Notes under the pieces: generated by a model
What the model saw: only the letters and a program-made list of their open reading frames with translations
Told to the model about the DNA's origin: nothing
Databases searched by the model: none
Shown: positions 8,198 through 15,524 of the stretch, piece after piece
Numbering within the stretch: position 1 is the stretch's first letter
Layout of the letters: each line of letters starts with the position of its first letter
Made by a program: the position numbers and the translations under genes
From: Candidatus Iainarchaeum sp.
GTDB lineage: Archaea; Iainarchaeota; Iainarchaeia; Iainarchaeales; GCA-2688035
Assembly (NCBI GenBank): GCA_028713935.1
Contig: JAQTNI010000005.1
Span: forward strand, 1 to 32,000
Reading direction: 5' to 3'
Length of the DNA: 32,000 nt

Positions 8198-8356
8198 ATG
8201 GAAAAATTCCCAAAAATTGATTTGTCTGAATTGAAAAAAGAAATGGAATTAAACAGGCAGCAAAGGCTGGAGTTTGTAAGGGTGTATGCGGAATGGCTCA
8301 AAAAAACTCCAAACAAAGTCTGGAGCAAACAACAGGCAAAATACATGGATAAATAA
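8198..8356 (+). CDS. Small hypothetical protein (52 aa), not in the ORF track
   Basis: An ATG at 8198, 7 nt after the NTase stop, opens MEKFPKIDLSELKKEMELNRQQRLEFVRVYAEWLKKTPNKVWSKQQAKYMDK. The stop is at 8354-8356. Confidence 0.3.
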   Translation: MEKFPKIDLSELKKEMELNRQQRLEFVRVYAEWLKKTPNKVWSKQQAKYMDK

Positions 8357-8386
8357 GCTAGTTTTTCTACTTTTTTGGTTTTGTTT

Positions 8387-9118
8387 ATGGCTGATGTGAA
8401 AAAAATTGTGAAAGAAAGTTATTCCAAAATAGCAAAAACAGGCCGCGGTTGTTCCTGCAATGCAAGCAAAGAAGATATTTCAAAGCAGATTGGTTACAGT
8501 GATTCTGAATTGGCCAATGTGCCTGAAGCCAATATGGGCCTTGGCTGTGGCAATCCGACTGCTCTTGGGGAAATAAAACAAGGGGACACTGTTCTTGACC
8601 TTGGAAGCGGTGCCGGAATCGATTGTTTTTTGGCTTCAAAAAAAGTCGGAGAAAAAGGGAAAGTAATTGGAGTTGACATGACTGAAGCAATGGTTGAAAA
8701 GGCAAGAAAAAACGCCGAAAAGTATAGCTACAAAAACGTTGAATTCCGCCTTGGAGAAATTGAAGCCTTGCCAATTGAAGAAAAATCAATTGATGTTATC
8801 ATCAGCAACTGTGTGATTAATCTTTCCCCTGACAAGGAAAAAGTCTTCAAAGAGGCGAGGCGCGTTTTAAAAGAAAACGGCAGAATGTATGTTTCCGACA
8901 TTGTTCTTTTGAAAGAGCTTTCGAAAGAGCAGAGAAAGGACAAAAAATTAATTGCAGGCTGTGTTGGCGGTGCGCTTTTGAAAGAGGATTACCTTGCAAT
9001 AATAAAAAAAGCAGGCTTGAAAGCAAAAATCCTGCACGAAGACAAGCAAATAAGCAAGACACAATACAATGGCATCGCGCTTGAAAGCCTAAAACTGGAA
9101 ATTACGCTTCAGAAATAA
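8387..9118 (+). CDS. arsM: Arsenite S-adenosylmethionine methyltransferase (ArsM-type class I methyltransferase)
   Basis: The SAM motif is '[11 protein letters not shown]'. The three Cys motifs characteristic of ArsM are present: 'GLGCGNP', 'SNCVINL' and 'AGCVGGA'. The ATG at 8387 is preferred over the TTG at 8375. Confidence 0.8.
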   Translation: MADVKKIVKESYSKIAKTGRGCSCNASKEDISKQIGYSDSELANVPEANMGLGCGNPTALGEIKQGDTVLDLGSGAGIDCFLASKKVGEKGKVIGVDMTEAMVEKARKNAEKYSYKNVEFRLGEIEALPIEEKSIDVIISNCVINLSPDKEKVFKEARRVLKENGRMYVSDIVLLKELSKEQRKDKKLIAGCVGGALLKEDYLAIIKKAGLKAKILHEDKQISKTQYNGIALESLKLEITLQK

Positions 9119-9150
9119 TCCTTCGCCTTTCGACGCCAGTTTTGGATGTT
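9113..9150 (+). repeat. Copy R5 (degenerate) of the repeated intergenic element
   Basis: AAATAATCCTTCGCCTTTCGACGCCAGTT closely matches 7489-7516 apart from a few differences. The 3' box has decayed. It overlaps the arsM stop. Confidence 0.45.
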
Positions 9151-9479
9151 CATGCAAGCGCTGTTGCTTTTTCCGGCTCGATTTTTTCCATGGCATTTTT
9201 CATCAGCTTGTTGTCCAATTCAATTAGCTGTTTAACAACTGGGTTTTTTTTGTTGATTTTGTACATTTGTGCCTTGCCAACCTTGCGCGTGAAAGTAACC
9301 ACGCCTGTTTCTTCTAAGTTGTTCCAAAAGCCTTCCAAAGTATTCCAGGAAACATTGGCGTTCTTGCCAATGTCCTTTTTTGAATAGTCAAAAATGTCAT
9401 TCTCTACTAAAAAGTCAAGCACCCTGATTATTGGATAGTCCCCAAAAAATTCCACAAACAAAGATTTATCTTCACTCAT
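9150..9479 (-). CDS. Winged-helix transcriptional regulator
   Basis: 109-aa ORF. 'IIRVLDFLVENDIFDYSKKDIGKNANVSWNTLEGFWNNLEETGVVTFTRKVGKAQMYKIN' is a typical small archaeal wHTH. Confidence 0.65.
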   Translation of the reverse strand: MSEDKSLFVEFFGDYPIIRVLDFLVENDIFDYSKKDIGKNANVSWNTLEGFWNNLEETGVVTFTRKVGKAQMYKINKKNPVVKQLIELDNKLMKNAMEKIEPEKATALA

Positions 9480-9591
9480 AAATTACCAACAATTATCAAT
9501 TTTATATTTGTTTATAACTTTGTTTATAATCTAGTATAACACAATTACAATATAAATAAGTTTAAATATTTTACTCTTAATATTTCAATAA

Positions 9592-9867
9592 ATGAAACTT
9601 TCTTCTTTTGAGATTAGGCGGAGAATTTTGCATAAAATGGTTAGGCATAATTTGTGGGGCAGCAAGCACACTGCCTTTGATAATATTCCAAAAGGCCTTC
9701 CAAAAGAGCTCTGGAAGGATGTCAAAAACGAGCTGGAACAGCTTATAAGAGAAGGTTTTGTTGTAAAAAAGCCCACTGGCTATGGTTTGCATGTTTCACT
9801 TAATGTTGGCATGAAGGCAGAGATTGAGAAAATAATTTTTGATAATCATTCAAGTTTGGAGGCGTAA
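9592..9867 (+). CDS. Hypothetical small protein (possible wHTH)
   Basis: 91-aa ORF with an ATG start, transcribed divergently from the wHTH regulator. 'ELEQLIREGFVVKKPTGYGLHVSLN' resembles a wing. Confidence 0.4.
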   Translation: MKLSSFEIRRRILHKMVRHNLWGSKHTAFDNIPKGLPKELWKDVKNELEQLIREGFVVKKPTGYGLHVSLNVGMKAEIEKIIFDNHSSLEA

Positions 9868-9869
9868 GA

Positions 9870-10160
9870 ATGTGTGGGTGGACACACATAATTTTGGAAG
9901 CTTACTGTAGCAGAAAGTGGAGCACAAAAAAGGACAAGCATCTTTACAAATTGGTTGATTCAAAGAGCCTTAAAATGGAGAAAGAGCCTAATCCCAATTA
10001 TGACCCGAATTATAAGACTCCGAAAAAGCCAAGCTATTGCCCAAATCTTCCGCGCTACATTTGCCTTGAAAAGAATTGCCATCACTTGGCATACACTGAT
10101 GCTTTGGAGGGAGACTATCACTTTCTGGACAAAAAATATAACAAAAGCAAGCGTAAATAA
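9870..10160 (+). CDS. Hypothetical Cys/His-containing small protein
   Basis: 96-aa ORF with a GGAGG SD-like motif upstream. It starts 3 nt after the previous stop. Confidence 0.4.
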   Translation: MCGWTHIILEAYCSRKWSTKKDKHLYKLVDSKSLKMEKEPNPNYDPNYKTPKKPSYCPNLPRYICLEKNCHHLAYTDALEGDYHFLDKKYNKSKRK

Positions 10161-10165
10161 TTTTT

Positions 10166-10200
10166 TGCCCTCGGGGGCAGTTGGGCGAACTGAGCCACTT
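10166..10200 (+). repeat. Copy R4 of the repeated intergenic element
   Basis: The hairpin TGCCC-TCGG-GGGCA is followed by GTTGGGCGAACTGAGCC, then a T-rich tract. It starts 6 nt after the stop at 10160. Confidence 0.6.
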
Positions 10201-10270
10201 GTATTTTTAATTATTTTTTGGCGTTTTTTCCTTCGATAGCTTTTTATTTGGCAAATTCCTTTTTGTTGGC

Positions 10271-12400
10271 ATGCAGAAAAAGGTTTTTTTTGCTTTTTTT
10301 CTCTGCTTGGCTGTCCTTTTCAGCGGCTGTGCAGAGCAGCCACAGGGAGACCCAAACAGCAATCCATTTGGCGGAAATCCCGCTGGGCCTGGGCAGTATG
10401 ATCCGCAGGGAGAACATTCTTCCTGCACTGATGATTCCCAGTGCATTATTGACAATTGTTACGGCTGCATTTTCAAAGGAGAAAAATTAACTGACCAGTG
10501 CGCCCAGATTGTTCCTCCTGATTGCAAATGCATTCAGGGTTATTGCAATCCAGGGCCTCCGGGAAATCAAAAACCAGGAGAACAGCCAAATACAGGGCCT
10601 GGCCAGCCTCAAATAAATCCAAATGCGCCTCTGCCTGGCCTGCCAGAAAATTTTCCTGAAAGCAAATTTGTTTCAAAAAAATTGGATGCTGTTGAAATAA
10701 CTTATTTTTCAAGCGCAATTGCAAGGGGCCTGACTGAAAATGGGGCTGATTTTTTCATTGGTCTCAAAAACACTGGAACTTCAAAGGCAAGCCTTTGCTT
10801 TGATTCGATGAATGGGGAATTCAAAAAGCCAATTCCAGAATGGAACCTGCATTTTTTTTCAATGCAGGACCCGCCAGTTGAAATCGCTCCAGGCGAAGAA
10901 AAAAGATTATGGTATTTTTCTTCTGTTGATGCTGAAGGGACTTTTGCTTTGACTTTCAAAATCTGGAACTGCGGAGATAGTGCTGATTCAATTGAAATTC
11001 CAGTCACTTTCGGTTCAACAGGCGAGAGCTTTTTTGGAAAAGAAACAAGTTATATTTCAGGAACCGTAAAGGATGAGCAGGGAAGCCCTGTTGCAAATGC
11101 GCGTGTAAGCGCAATAATGAACTGTGGCCGATTAAATTTTTACGGCAGTGCAGATGATTCCGGCAATTATTCAATTCCCCTTCTTGGAATGGAGGACATT
11201 GATGCAATTTATCTCGGAAAGCAGCTTGCCTGCGATTCAACTGATTATTTTGTTTCAGTGGAGCAGGAAGGTTATGAATATTATTTCAAGGGCAATATTG
11301 CCCCAACCAGAAAAGATCCGAAAAATCTTGACATTGTTTTGAAAAAGAAAATTTCTTCGGCAAATTATTCCCTTGAATGGGAAAAGCAAGTTCAGGACAA
11401 CTTCGGTTTTTTTTGGGTAAAACCCTCTTCTGATTGGAGTGTTTTTGCTGCAGCTCAATCAAAGCACCCCCCTGAACTGAACAAGCCTGCAAATTTTTAC
11501 CTGTTTAATTCCCAAGGGGGGATTTTGTGGAAACAGCCAACCGGCAATGAATGCTGGGGAATTGCAATTGCAAAAGACGGAAGTGAGATTGTTGCGGGCT
11601 GCCATGATGGAAAAGTTTATGCTGTTGACAAAAGTGGAAAGCTCCTCTGGACTTCTGATTTTTCTTCAATGGTGAGGAGCGCATGCATTTCCAATGATGG
11701 AAGCAAGGTTCTTTCAGGAGCAATGCCTGCACTGCTTGATGCAAAAACAGGTGCAAAGCAGGAGATTTCCTGGCAGGGAGACTGGCTTAGGAACTGCGCC
11801 TTTTATCAGGATGATTCCGGCTTTGTCGCAGGCGCAAGAGAATTAACTGGGTTTGATTTTTCAGGCAAGCAGGAATGGCGCCAGATAATTGGAGAATTCC
11901 CCATGTTCTTGGCTGTTGATTCCCAGAACAATGTTTTTGCATCGGGAAAAAGCAGGACTTTTTTCTCATTTGATTCACAGGGAAACCTGCGCTGGAAACA
12001 CAGGATTCCGGATCATACTGCAGGAGCAGGGGCTGCAACTCCTGATGGAAGCAGGATTGCATTAGGCACTGTAGGCGGAATGGTTTATCTTTTTGACCTG
12101 CAGGGAAATCTGCTCTGGAAAAGGGGTACAATGGCTTTTCCAAAATGGGGCGCAACAGGGCATAATGCTGTTGCAATTTCAGAGGATGGAAAAATAATTG
12201 TTGTTGGGACAGCGCCGCAAAACTGCATTACTGCTTTCAATGATAATGGCACAATAATCTGGGAAAAATGCTTTGAACCCGATGCCAGCAACAAAGACCT
12301 TTTGCTTGGAGTAACAAACATTCAAATTTCAAAAGACAAAAAACAGATAATTGCGGCTTACGGAGACAATTACATCAGGAAATTCACTTTGCAGGAATAA
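10271..12400 (+). CDS. Secreted lipoprotein with a Cys-rich module, a carboxypeptidase-regulatory-like domain and a PQQ/BamB-like beta-propeller
   Basis: The signal/lipobox is 'FFLCLAVLFSGC'. 'SGTVKDEQGSPVANARVSA' suggests the carboxypeptidase-regulatory-like domain. Propeller-type motifs repeat: 'GKVYAVDKSGKLLW', 'FSFDSQGNLRWKH', 'GMVYLFDLQGNLLWK' and 'ITAFNDNGTIIWEK'. Confidence 0.75.
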   Translation: MQKKVFFAFFLCLAVLFSGCAEQPQGDPNSNPFGGNPAGPGQYDPQGEHSSCTDDSQCIIDNCYGCIFKGEKLTDQCAQIVPPDCKCIQGYCNPGPPGNQKPGEQPNTGPGQPQINPNAPLPGLPENFPESKFVSKKLDAVEITYFSSAIARGLTENGADFFIGLKNTGTSKASLCFDSMNGEFKKPIPEWNLHFFSMQDPPVEIAPGEEKRLWYFSSVDAEGTFALTFKIWNCGDSADSIEIPVTFGSTGESFFGKETSYISGTVKDEQGSPVANARVSAIMNCGRLNFYGSADDSGNYSIPLLGMEDIDAIYLGKQLACDSTDYFVSVEQEGYEYYFKGNIAPTRKDPKNLDIVLKKKISSANYSLEWEKQVQDNFGFFWVKPSSDWSVFAAAQSKHPPELNKPANFYLFNSQGGILWKQPTGNECWGIAIAKDGSEIVAGCHDGKVYAVDKSGKLLWTSDFSSMVRSACISNDGSKVLSGAMPALLDAKTGAKQEISWQGDWLRNCAFYQDDSGFVAGARELTGFDFSGKQEWRQIIGEFPMFLAVDSQNNVFASGKSRTFFSFDSQGNLRWKHRIPDHTAGAGAATPDGSRIALGTVGGMVYLFDLQGNLLWKRGTMAFPKWGATGHNAVAISEDGKIIVVGTAPQNCITAFNDNGTIIWEKCFEPDASNKDLLLGVTNIQISKDKKQIIAAYGDNYIRKFTLQE

Positions 12401-12452
12401 AAAAAAGAAAAAATTCCAGCCCCATAAGAGCTGGTTGGTTTGCTGTTTTATT

Positions 12453-13328
12453 TTACTGTATTTCGAACTGGACTGTTACTGTTGTTGTCAGTTCTATGTC
12501 TCCTGCAATTATTGGCGTTGTGACCTTTGACGATTCAGCTGCGCCTGCATCCATGGCTGACCTGTAATAGTAAGGCAGGTTGATTGCAGAATTTTCGCTT
12601 GCACTGTAGACTTTGCCGATTGCAATTCCAAGGCCTTCTGCAATGCTCTGGGCTTTTTCTTTTGCGTTTGCAGATGCTTCTTTCAGTGCTGAAACCCTTG
12701 CTTCTGATTCTTTCGCATTGGACAGGCTGAAGTAAACAGAGTCAATGCTGTTTGCCCCTGCTTCTGAAGCAGCGTCAATTATTTTTCCTGTCTGGGCAAG
12801 GTCTTTCACTGTCACCTGTATGCTGTTTCTTGTCCTGTAACCAACTGACTCTGATTTTTTTGTCATGTCGTTCCATTGGAATTCTTCGTTGAGGGAATAG
12901 CCGCTTGTTTTAATGTCACTCTCGGCAATTCCGGAATCTTTGATTGCTTGTACAACTTTTGCAGCTGTTTCCGCATTGTCACCCTGGCTTTTTGAAGCGC
13001 TTTTGTCAAGAGTTTCAACGCTCAATGCAATTACTGCCTTGTCTGGAGAAATTGTTTTTGTTACAGAACCACTCACTGTAACCAGGCGTGGTGTTTCAGC
13101 GCTGCCAGTGCTTGCCAGCAAAACTGTGCTGTCAGCAGGGGCTGTTTGCTCTGTGTAACTTGCAAAATCAAGTTTTCCAGTTGCAGTTGCTATTGGTGCA
13201 GTGCTTCCAAGGCTGTTCTGGCTTTCATTGCTCATTCCAATCCAGAATGCCATTCCTGAAACAAACAGAATTGACAATGCAATTATTGCTGCAGGCAATA
13301 CCAGGTTATTTCCAGATTTTTTTTCCAT
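12453..13328 (-). CDS. SIMPL (DUF541) domain protein with an N-terminal membrane anchor
   Basis: The track ORF extends to 13454, but 'MEKKSGNNLVLPAAIIALSILFVSG' (ATG at 13328) is the plausible start. The SIMPL-like pattern is 'VTVSGSVTKTISPDKAVIALSVE...GYRTRNSIQVTVKD...'. Confidence 0.75.
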   Translation of the reverse strand: MEKKSGNNLVLPAAIIALSILFVSGMAFWIGMSNESQNSLGSTAPIATATGKLDFASYTEQTAPADSTVLLASTGSAETPRLVTVSGSVTKTISPDKAVIALSVETLDKSASKSQGDNAETAAKVVQAIKDSGIAESDIKTSGYSLNEEFQWNDMTKKSESVGYRTRNSIQVTVKDLAQTGKIIDAASEAGANSIDSVYFSLSNAKESEARVSALKEASANAKEKAQSIAEGLGIAIGKVYSASENSAINLPYYYRSAMDAGAAESSKVTTPIIAGDIELTTTVTVQFEIQ

Positions 13329-13541
13329 TATTATCACCCCCTTTACACTATAAAAAAGATAGTAGGCTCTTGTTTTAAAAGGCTTTTTTTTGTTAGCAAA
13401 AAAGCTAAAAACATTTTTTTCCAAAAAAACTTGTTTTATTTTTATGGCGAGCATGGCTTTAAATTCTTATTGCAGCACTATTTTTTTATCAATTTTTAAT
13501 GCTAATAATGCGAAATTTTGTGCTATTTGGGGGTTTTTTTG

Positions 13542-13979
13542 ATGGCTAAAGACAAGAATGCTGTAACAGCCCAGCAGACCGAGGCAGCAGTTGAAGAGGC
13601 AAAAGAAGAAAATATTGAACAAAAAATTGAGGAAATGGAAGAATCAGGCGAAGAAATTCCAGAGGACAAATTGCCTTTTCCAAGGGCAACAATTGTCAAT
13701 ATGCTCAGAAAGCACTTAAGCAGGGGAAAGCAGATTAAAGGCCAGGTAAAAGACGAATTGAATGTCTGGCTTGGAAAAATGGTCGAAAGGCTTGCAAAAA
13801 AAATGGACACTCATCCTTACACTTATGTTGACGGTGGAATGTTCCGCGAAGCAATAGAGCCTTACGAAACAGTCCAGGACATTGAAAAGGAAAAAGAAAG
13901 AATAATCAAGCAGCTTGAAAGCATAAAAGCAGCCTGCGATGTGCTAATAAACGAAGTTGACCGCAAGTTCGTGAAATAA
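13542..13979 (+). CDS. Histone-fold-like protein with an acidic N-terminal extension
   Basis: 'LPFPRATIVNMLRKHL...QIKGQVKDELNVWLGKMVERLAKKMDTHPYTYVDGGMFREAI' aligns by eye to the helix-loop-helix-loop-helix pattern of archaeal histones such as HMfB. The N-terminal ~45 aa are Glu-rich. The canonical RKT element is absent. Confidence 0.4.
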   Translation: MAKDKNAVTAQQTEAAVEEAKEENIEQKIEEMEESGEEIPEDKLPFPRATIVNMLRKHLSRGKQIKGQVKDELNVWLGKMVERLAKKMDTHPYTYVDGGMFREAIEPYETVQDIEKEKERIIKQLESIKAACDVLINEVDRKFVK

Positions 13980-14033
13980 AAAAATTCTTTTTTTTTAGTT
14001 TTTAATCAGGGAGAATTTTCTCTCTCGCTGGAT

Positions 14034-14993
14034 TCAGGCTTGCGGCGCATAATACACTTTTTCTATTTTGAATATTGTTATCCAGCTGAATTCTTTTATT
14101 ATTTCCGGGAATTTTTGGCGGATTTCCCTCATAAGCTCGTGGAACTCTTTCGGGGTTTGCAGCATTGCTTCAAACTCGAGGTCTGAAACCCCAATTGCTT
14201 CTGTTACAAACATTACATTTGTTTTTGATTTTAAATAAGAAATCAGCCTTGAATATTTTTCTTCGGAAAGATTCTGCAGGCGCAGAAAAACCTTGTGCCA
14301 GGTATAGCCGATTTTTGAATAATCAAGCATGATCATATACCCAAGAATGAATTTATTTTTTTCAAGATTTTTTATCCTGTATCTGGCTGCCTTGTCTGAA
14401 ATGCCAAGCTGCTTTGCCATTTCAACAAGGGAAGTGCGGCTGTTCTTTGCAAGAACCTGCAGAATTTTTTCATCAACAGCATCTATTTCAGAGCGCGAAA
14501 ATTTTTGCTCCATCACAAGTTCATGCAGTGTTTTTTCTTTTGTAAGATACCTGTGCGAAATGTGGTGTGCCCTGACAATAAAAGAAATATCCACTTCTTT
14601 AAGGAAAGCCCCAAAATTAAAATTGAGCTCTTTCAATGCATTGTCAAAATCTTTCAAATCCTTTGACCAGAAAACCATTGCCATGTCATATGCGCCGTCA
14701 GTTTTCAGGACCCAGCCTGCATCGGGCATTTTCAGGCAGAATTTTATGATTTCATCTTCATTGTAACTGCCCTGCAGCTTAATCCAGAGCCTTGCACTCA
14801 GCCTCTGCAGCCTGAAAATATCAATCACTGCATAATAACCAAGAATTATTTTTTCATGCTCAAGCTTCTCAAGGCGCTTCTTGACAGCCTGCTTTGAAAG
14901 CCTGACTTTTTTCGCAAGCGCAGAAACAGGCTGCCTTGAATCAATATCCAGCTCAACGAGAAGGCGCCTGTCTATTAAGTCCAAACCAAGCAT
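14034..14993 (-). CDS. Tandem (duplicated) Lrp/AsnC-family transcriptional regulator
   Basis: 319 aa with two HTH_AsnC-like modules: 'LIDRRLLVELDIDSRQPVSALAKKVRLSKQAVKKRLEKLEHEKIILGY' and 'VDEKILQVLAKNSRTSLVEMAKQLGISDKAARYRIKNLEKNKFILGY'. Each is followed by a ligand-domain-sized segment. Confidence 0.8.
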   Translation of the reverse strand: MLGLDLIDRRLLVELDIDSRQPVSALAKKVRLSKQAVKKRLEKLEHEKIILGYYAVIDIFRLQRLSARLWIKLQGSYNEDEIIKFCLKMPDAGWVLKTDGAYDMAMVFWSKDLKDFDNALKELNFNFGAFLKEVDISFIVRAHHISHRYLTKEKTLHELVMEQKFSRSEIDAVDEKILQVLAKNSRTSLVEMAKQLGISDKAARYRIKNLEKNKFILGYMIMLDYSKIGYTWHKVFLRLQNLSEEKYSRLISYLKSKTNVMFVTEAIGVSDLEFEAMLQTPKEFHELMREIRQKFPEIIKEFSWITIFKIEKVYYAPQA

Positions 14994-15098
14994 AAATTAA
15001 CAATTGTAAAAATCTATTAATAAATTTTTCCTTTTATTCTTAAAATTCTTAAAAATTATTATTAATGTGGCAAGCAGCTATTAGTAGGTGGTGGTAAT

Positions 15099-15179
15099 AT
15101 GCAGAAGTGGATAACTGGCACTGTGGCAAAAAGGCACTGTAAAAATAAAACCAGTGGAGGCTGTTGTTCAAATCTTTAA
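15099..15179 (+). CDS. Small peptide P1 (26 aa) MQKWITGTVAKRHCKNKTSGGCCSNL; candidate precursor peptide
   Basis: ATG at 15099 preceded by AGGTGGTGG (SD-like), TAA at 15177. It is paralogous to P2-P4. Not in the ORF track because it is shorter than 60 aa. Confidence 0.45.
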   Translation: MQKWITGTVAKRHCKNKTSGGCCSNL

Positions 15180-15201
15180 ACGCAAAACTTGGGGTGAAAA
15201 A

Positions 15202-15285
15202 ATGGAAAAGAACTGGATTAAGAATACTTCAAAGAAAAGAGTATCTGCTTGCAAAACTCACGGCGGCATGGCTCCTCTTGTTTAG
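15202..15285 (+). CDS. Small peptide P2 (27 aa) MEKNWIKNTSKKRVSACKTHGGMAPLV; candidate precursor peptide
   Basis: ATG at 15202 preceded by GGGGTGA (SD-like), TAG at 15283. It shares the N-terminal W-[IV] motif and the K-T-x-G-G motif with P1 and P3. Confidence 0.45.
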   Translation: MEKNWIKNTSKKRVSACKTHGGMAPLV

Positions 15286-15293
15286 GCGATTGT

Positions 15294-15371
15294 ATGGAAT
15301 GGATTGAATTCAAGAAATGCGAGAGAAACCTCAAGCAAAAGAGTGGCGGCGGGTTCTGTTCAAATTGTTAA
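15294..15371 (+). CDS. Small peptide P3 (25 aa) MEWIEFKKCERNLKQKSGGGFCSNC; candidate precursor peptide
   Basis: ATG at 15294, TAA at 15369. Its C-terminus SGGGFCSNC parallels SGGCCSNL in P1, and the DNA shares TGTTCAAAT. The SD-like motif is weak. Confidence 0.4.
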   Translation: MEWIEFKKCERNLKQKSGGGFCSNC

Positions 15372-15380
15372 GTGGAACTT

Positions 15381-15470
15381 ATGAAAAAATGGGTTAAAGG
15401 CTTGCTTGCTGAAAGGCAGAAGAAATCTGATAATAAAAGGTATGCGTCTGCATCAGATATCAGGTTATAG
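15381..15470 (+). CDS. Small peptide P4 (29 aa) MKKWVKGLLAERQKKSDNKRYASASDIRL; candidate precursor peptide
   Basis: ATG at 15381, TAG at 15468. It shares the N-terminal MxKW[IV] motif but lacks the GG motif. It ends 54 nt before the radical SAM ATG. Confidence 0.35.
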   Translation: MKKWVKGLLAERQKKSDNKRYASASDIRL

Positions 15471-15524
15471 CAGCACAGAAATCTGAAAATAGTGCCGGCT
15501 TTTTTTTTCAATCAAGGATTTTCA

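Noticed and set aside
8385-9062. Several minus-strand ORFs inside arsM
   Set aside because: They are antisense to a methyltransferase with an intact SAM motif and all three ArsM Cys motifs.
9142-9387. Plus-strand 81-aa ORF
   Set aside because: It is antisense to the wHTH regulator gene 9150..9479, which has a clear family-like sequence. The plus-strand product is hydrophobic and low-complexity.
7432-10200. Integron attC-like interpretation of the repeated element (GTTGGGC fits the GTTRRRY core site)
   Set aside because: No matching inverse core (RYYYAAC/GCCCAAC) lies 50-140 nt upstream of any copy. R1 and R2 read GATGGGC instead of GTT. The blocks between copies hold several genes on both strands, and no integrase is visible in the window.
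201-10200. CRISPR array explanation for the recurring TGGGCGAACTGA motif
   Set aside because: The copies are kilobases apart and irregularly spaced, differ in their flanking sequence, and are separated by protein-coding genes rather than short spacers.
15065-15097. Mini-ORF MWQAAISRWW just upstream of peptide P1
   Set aside because: It is only 10 codons, overlaps the SD-like motif of P1, and shows no similarity to P1-P4.
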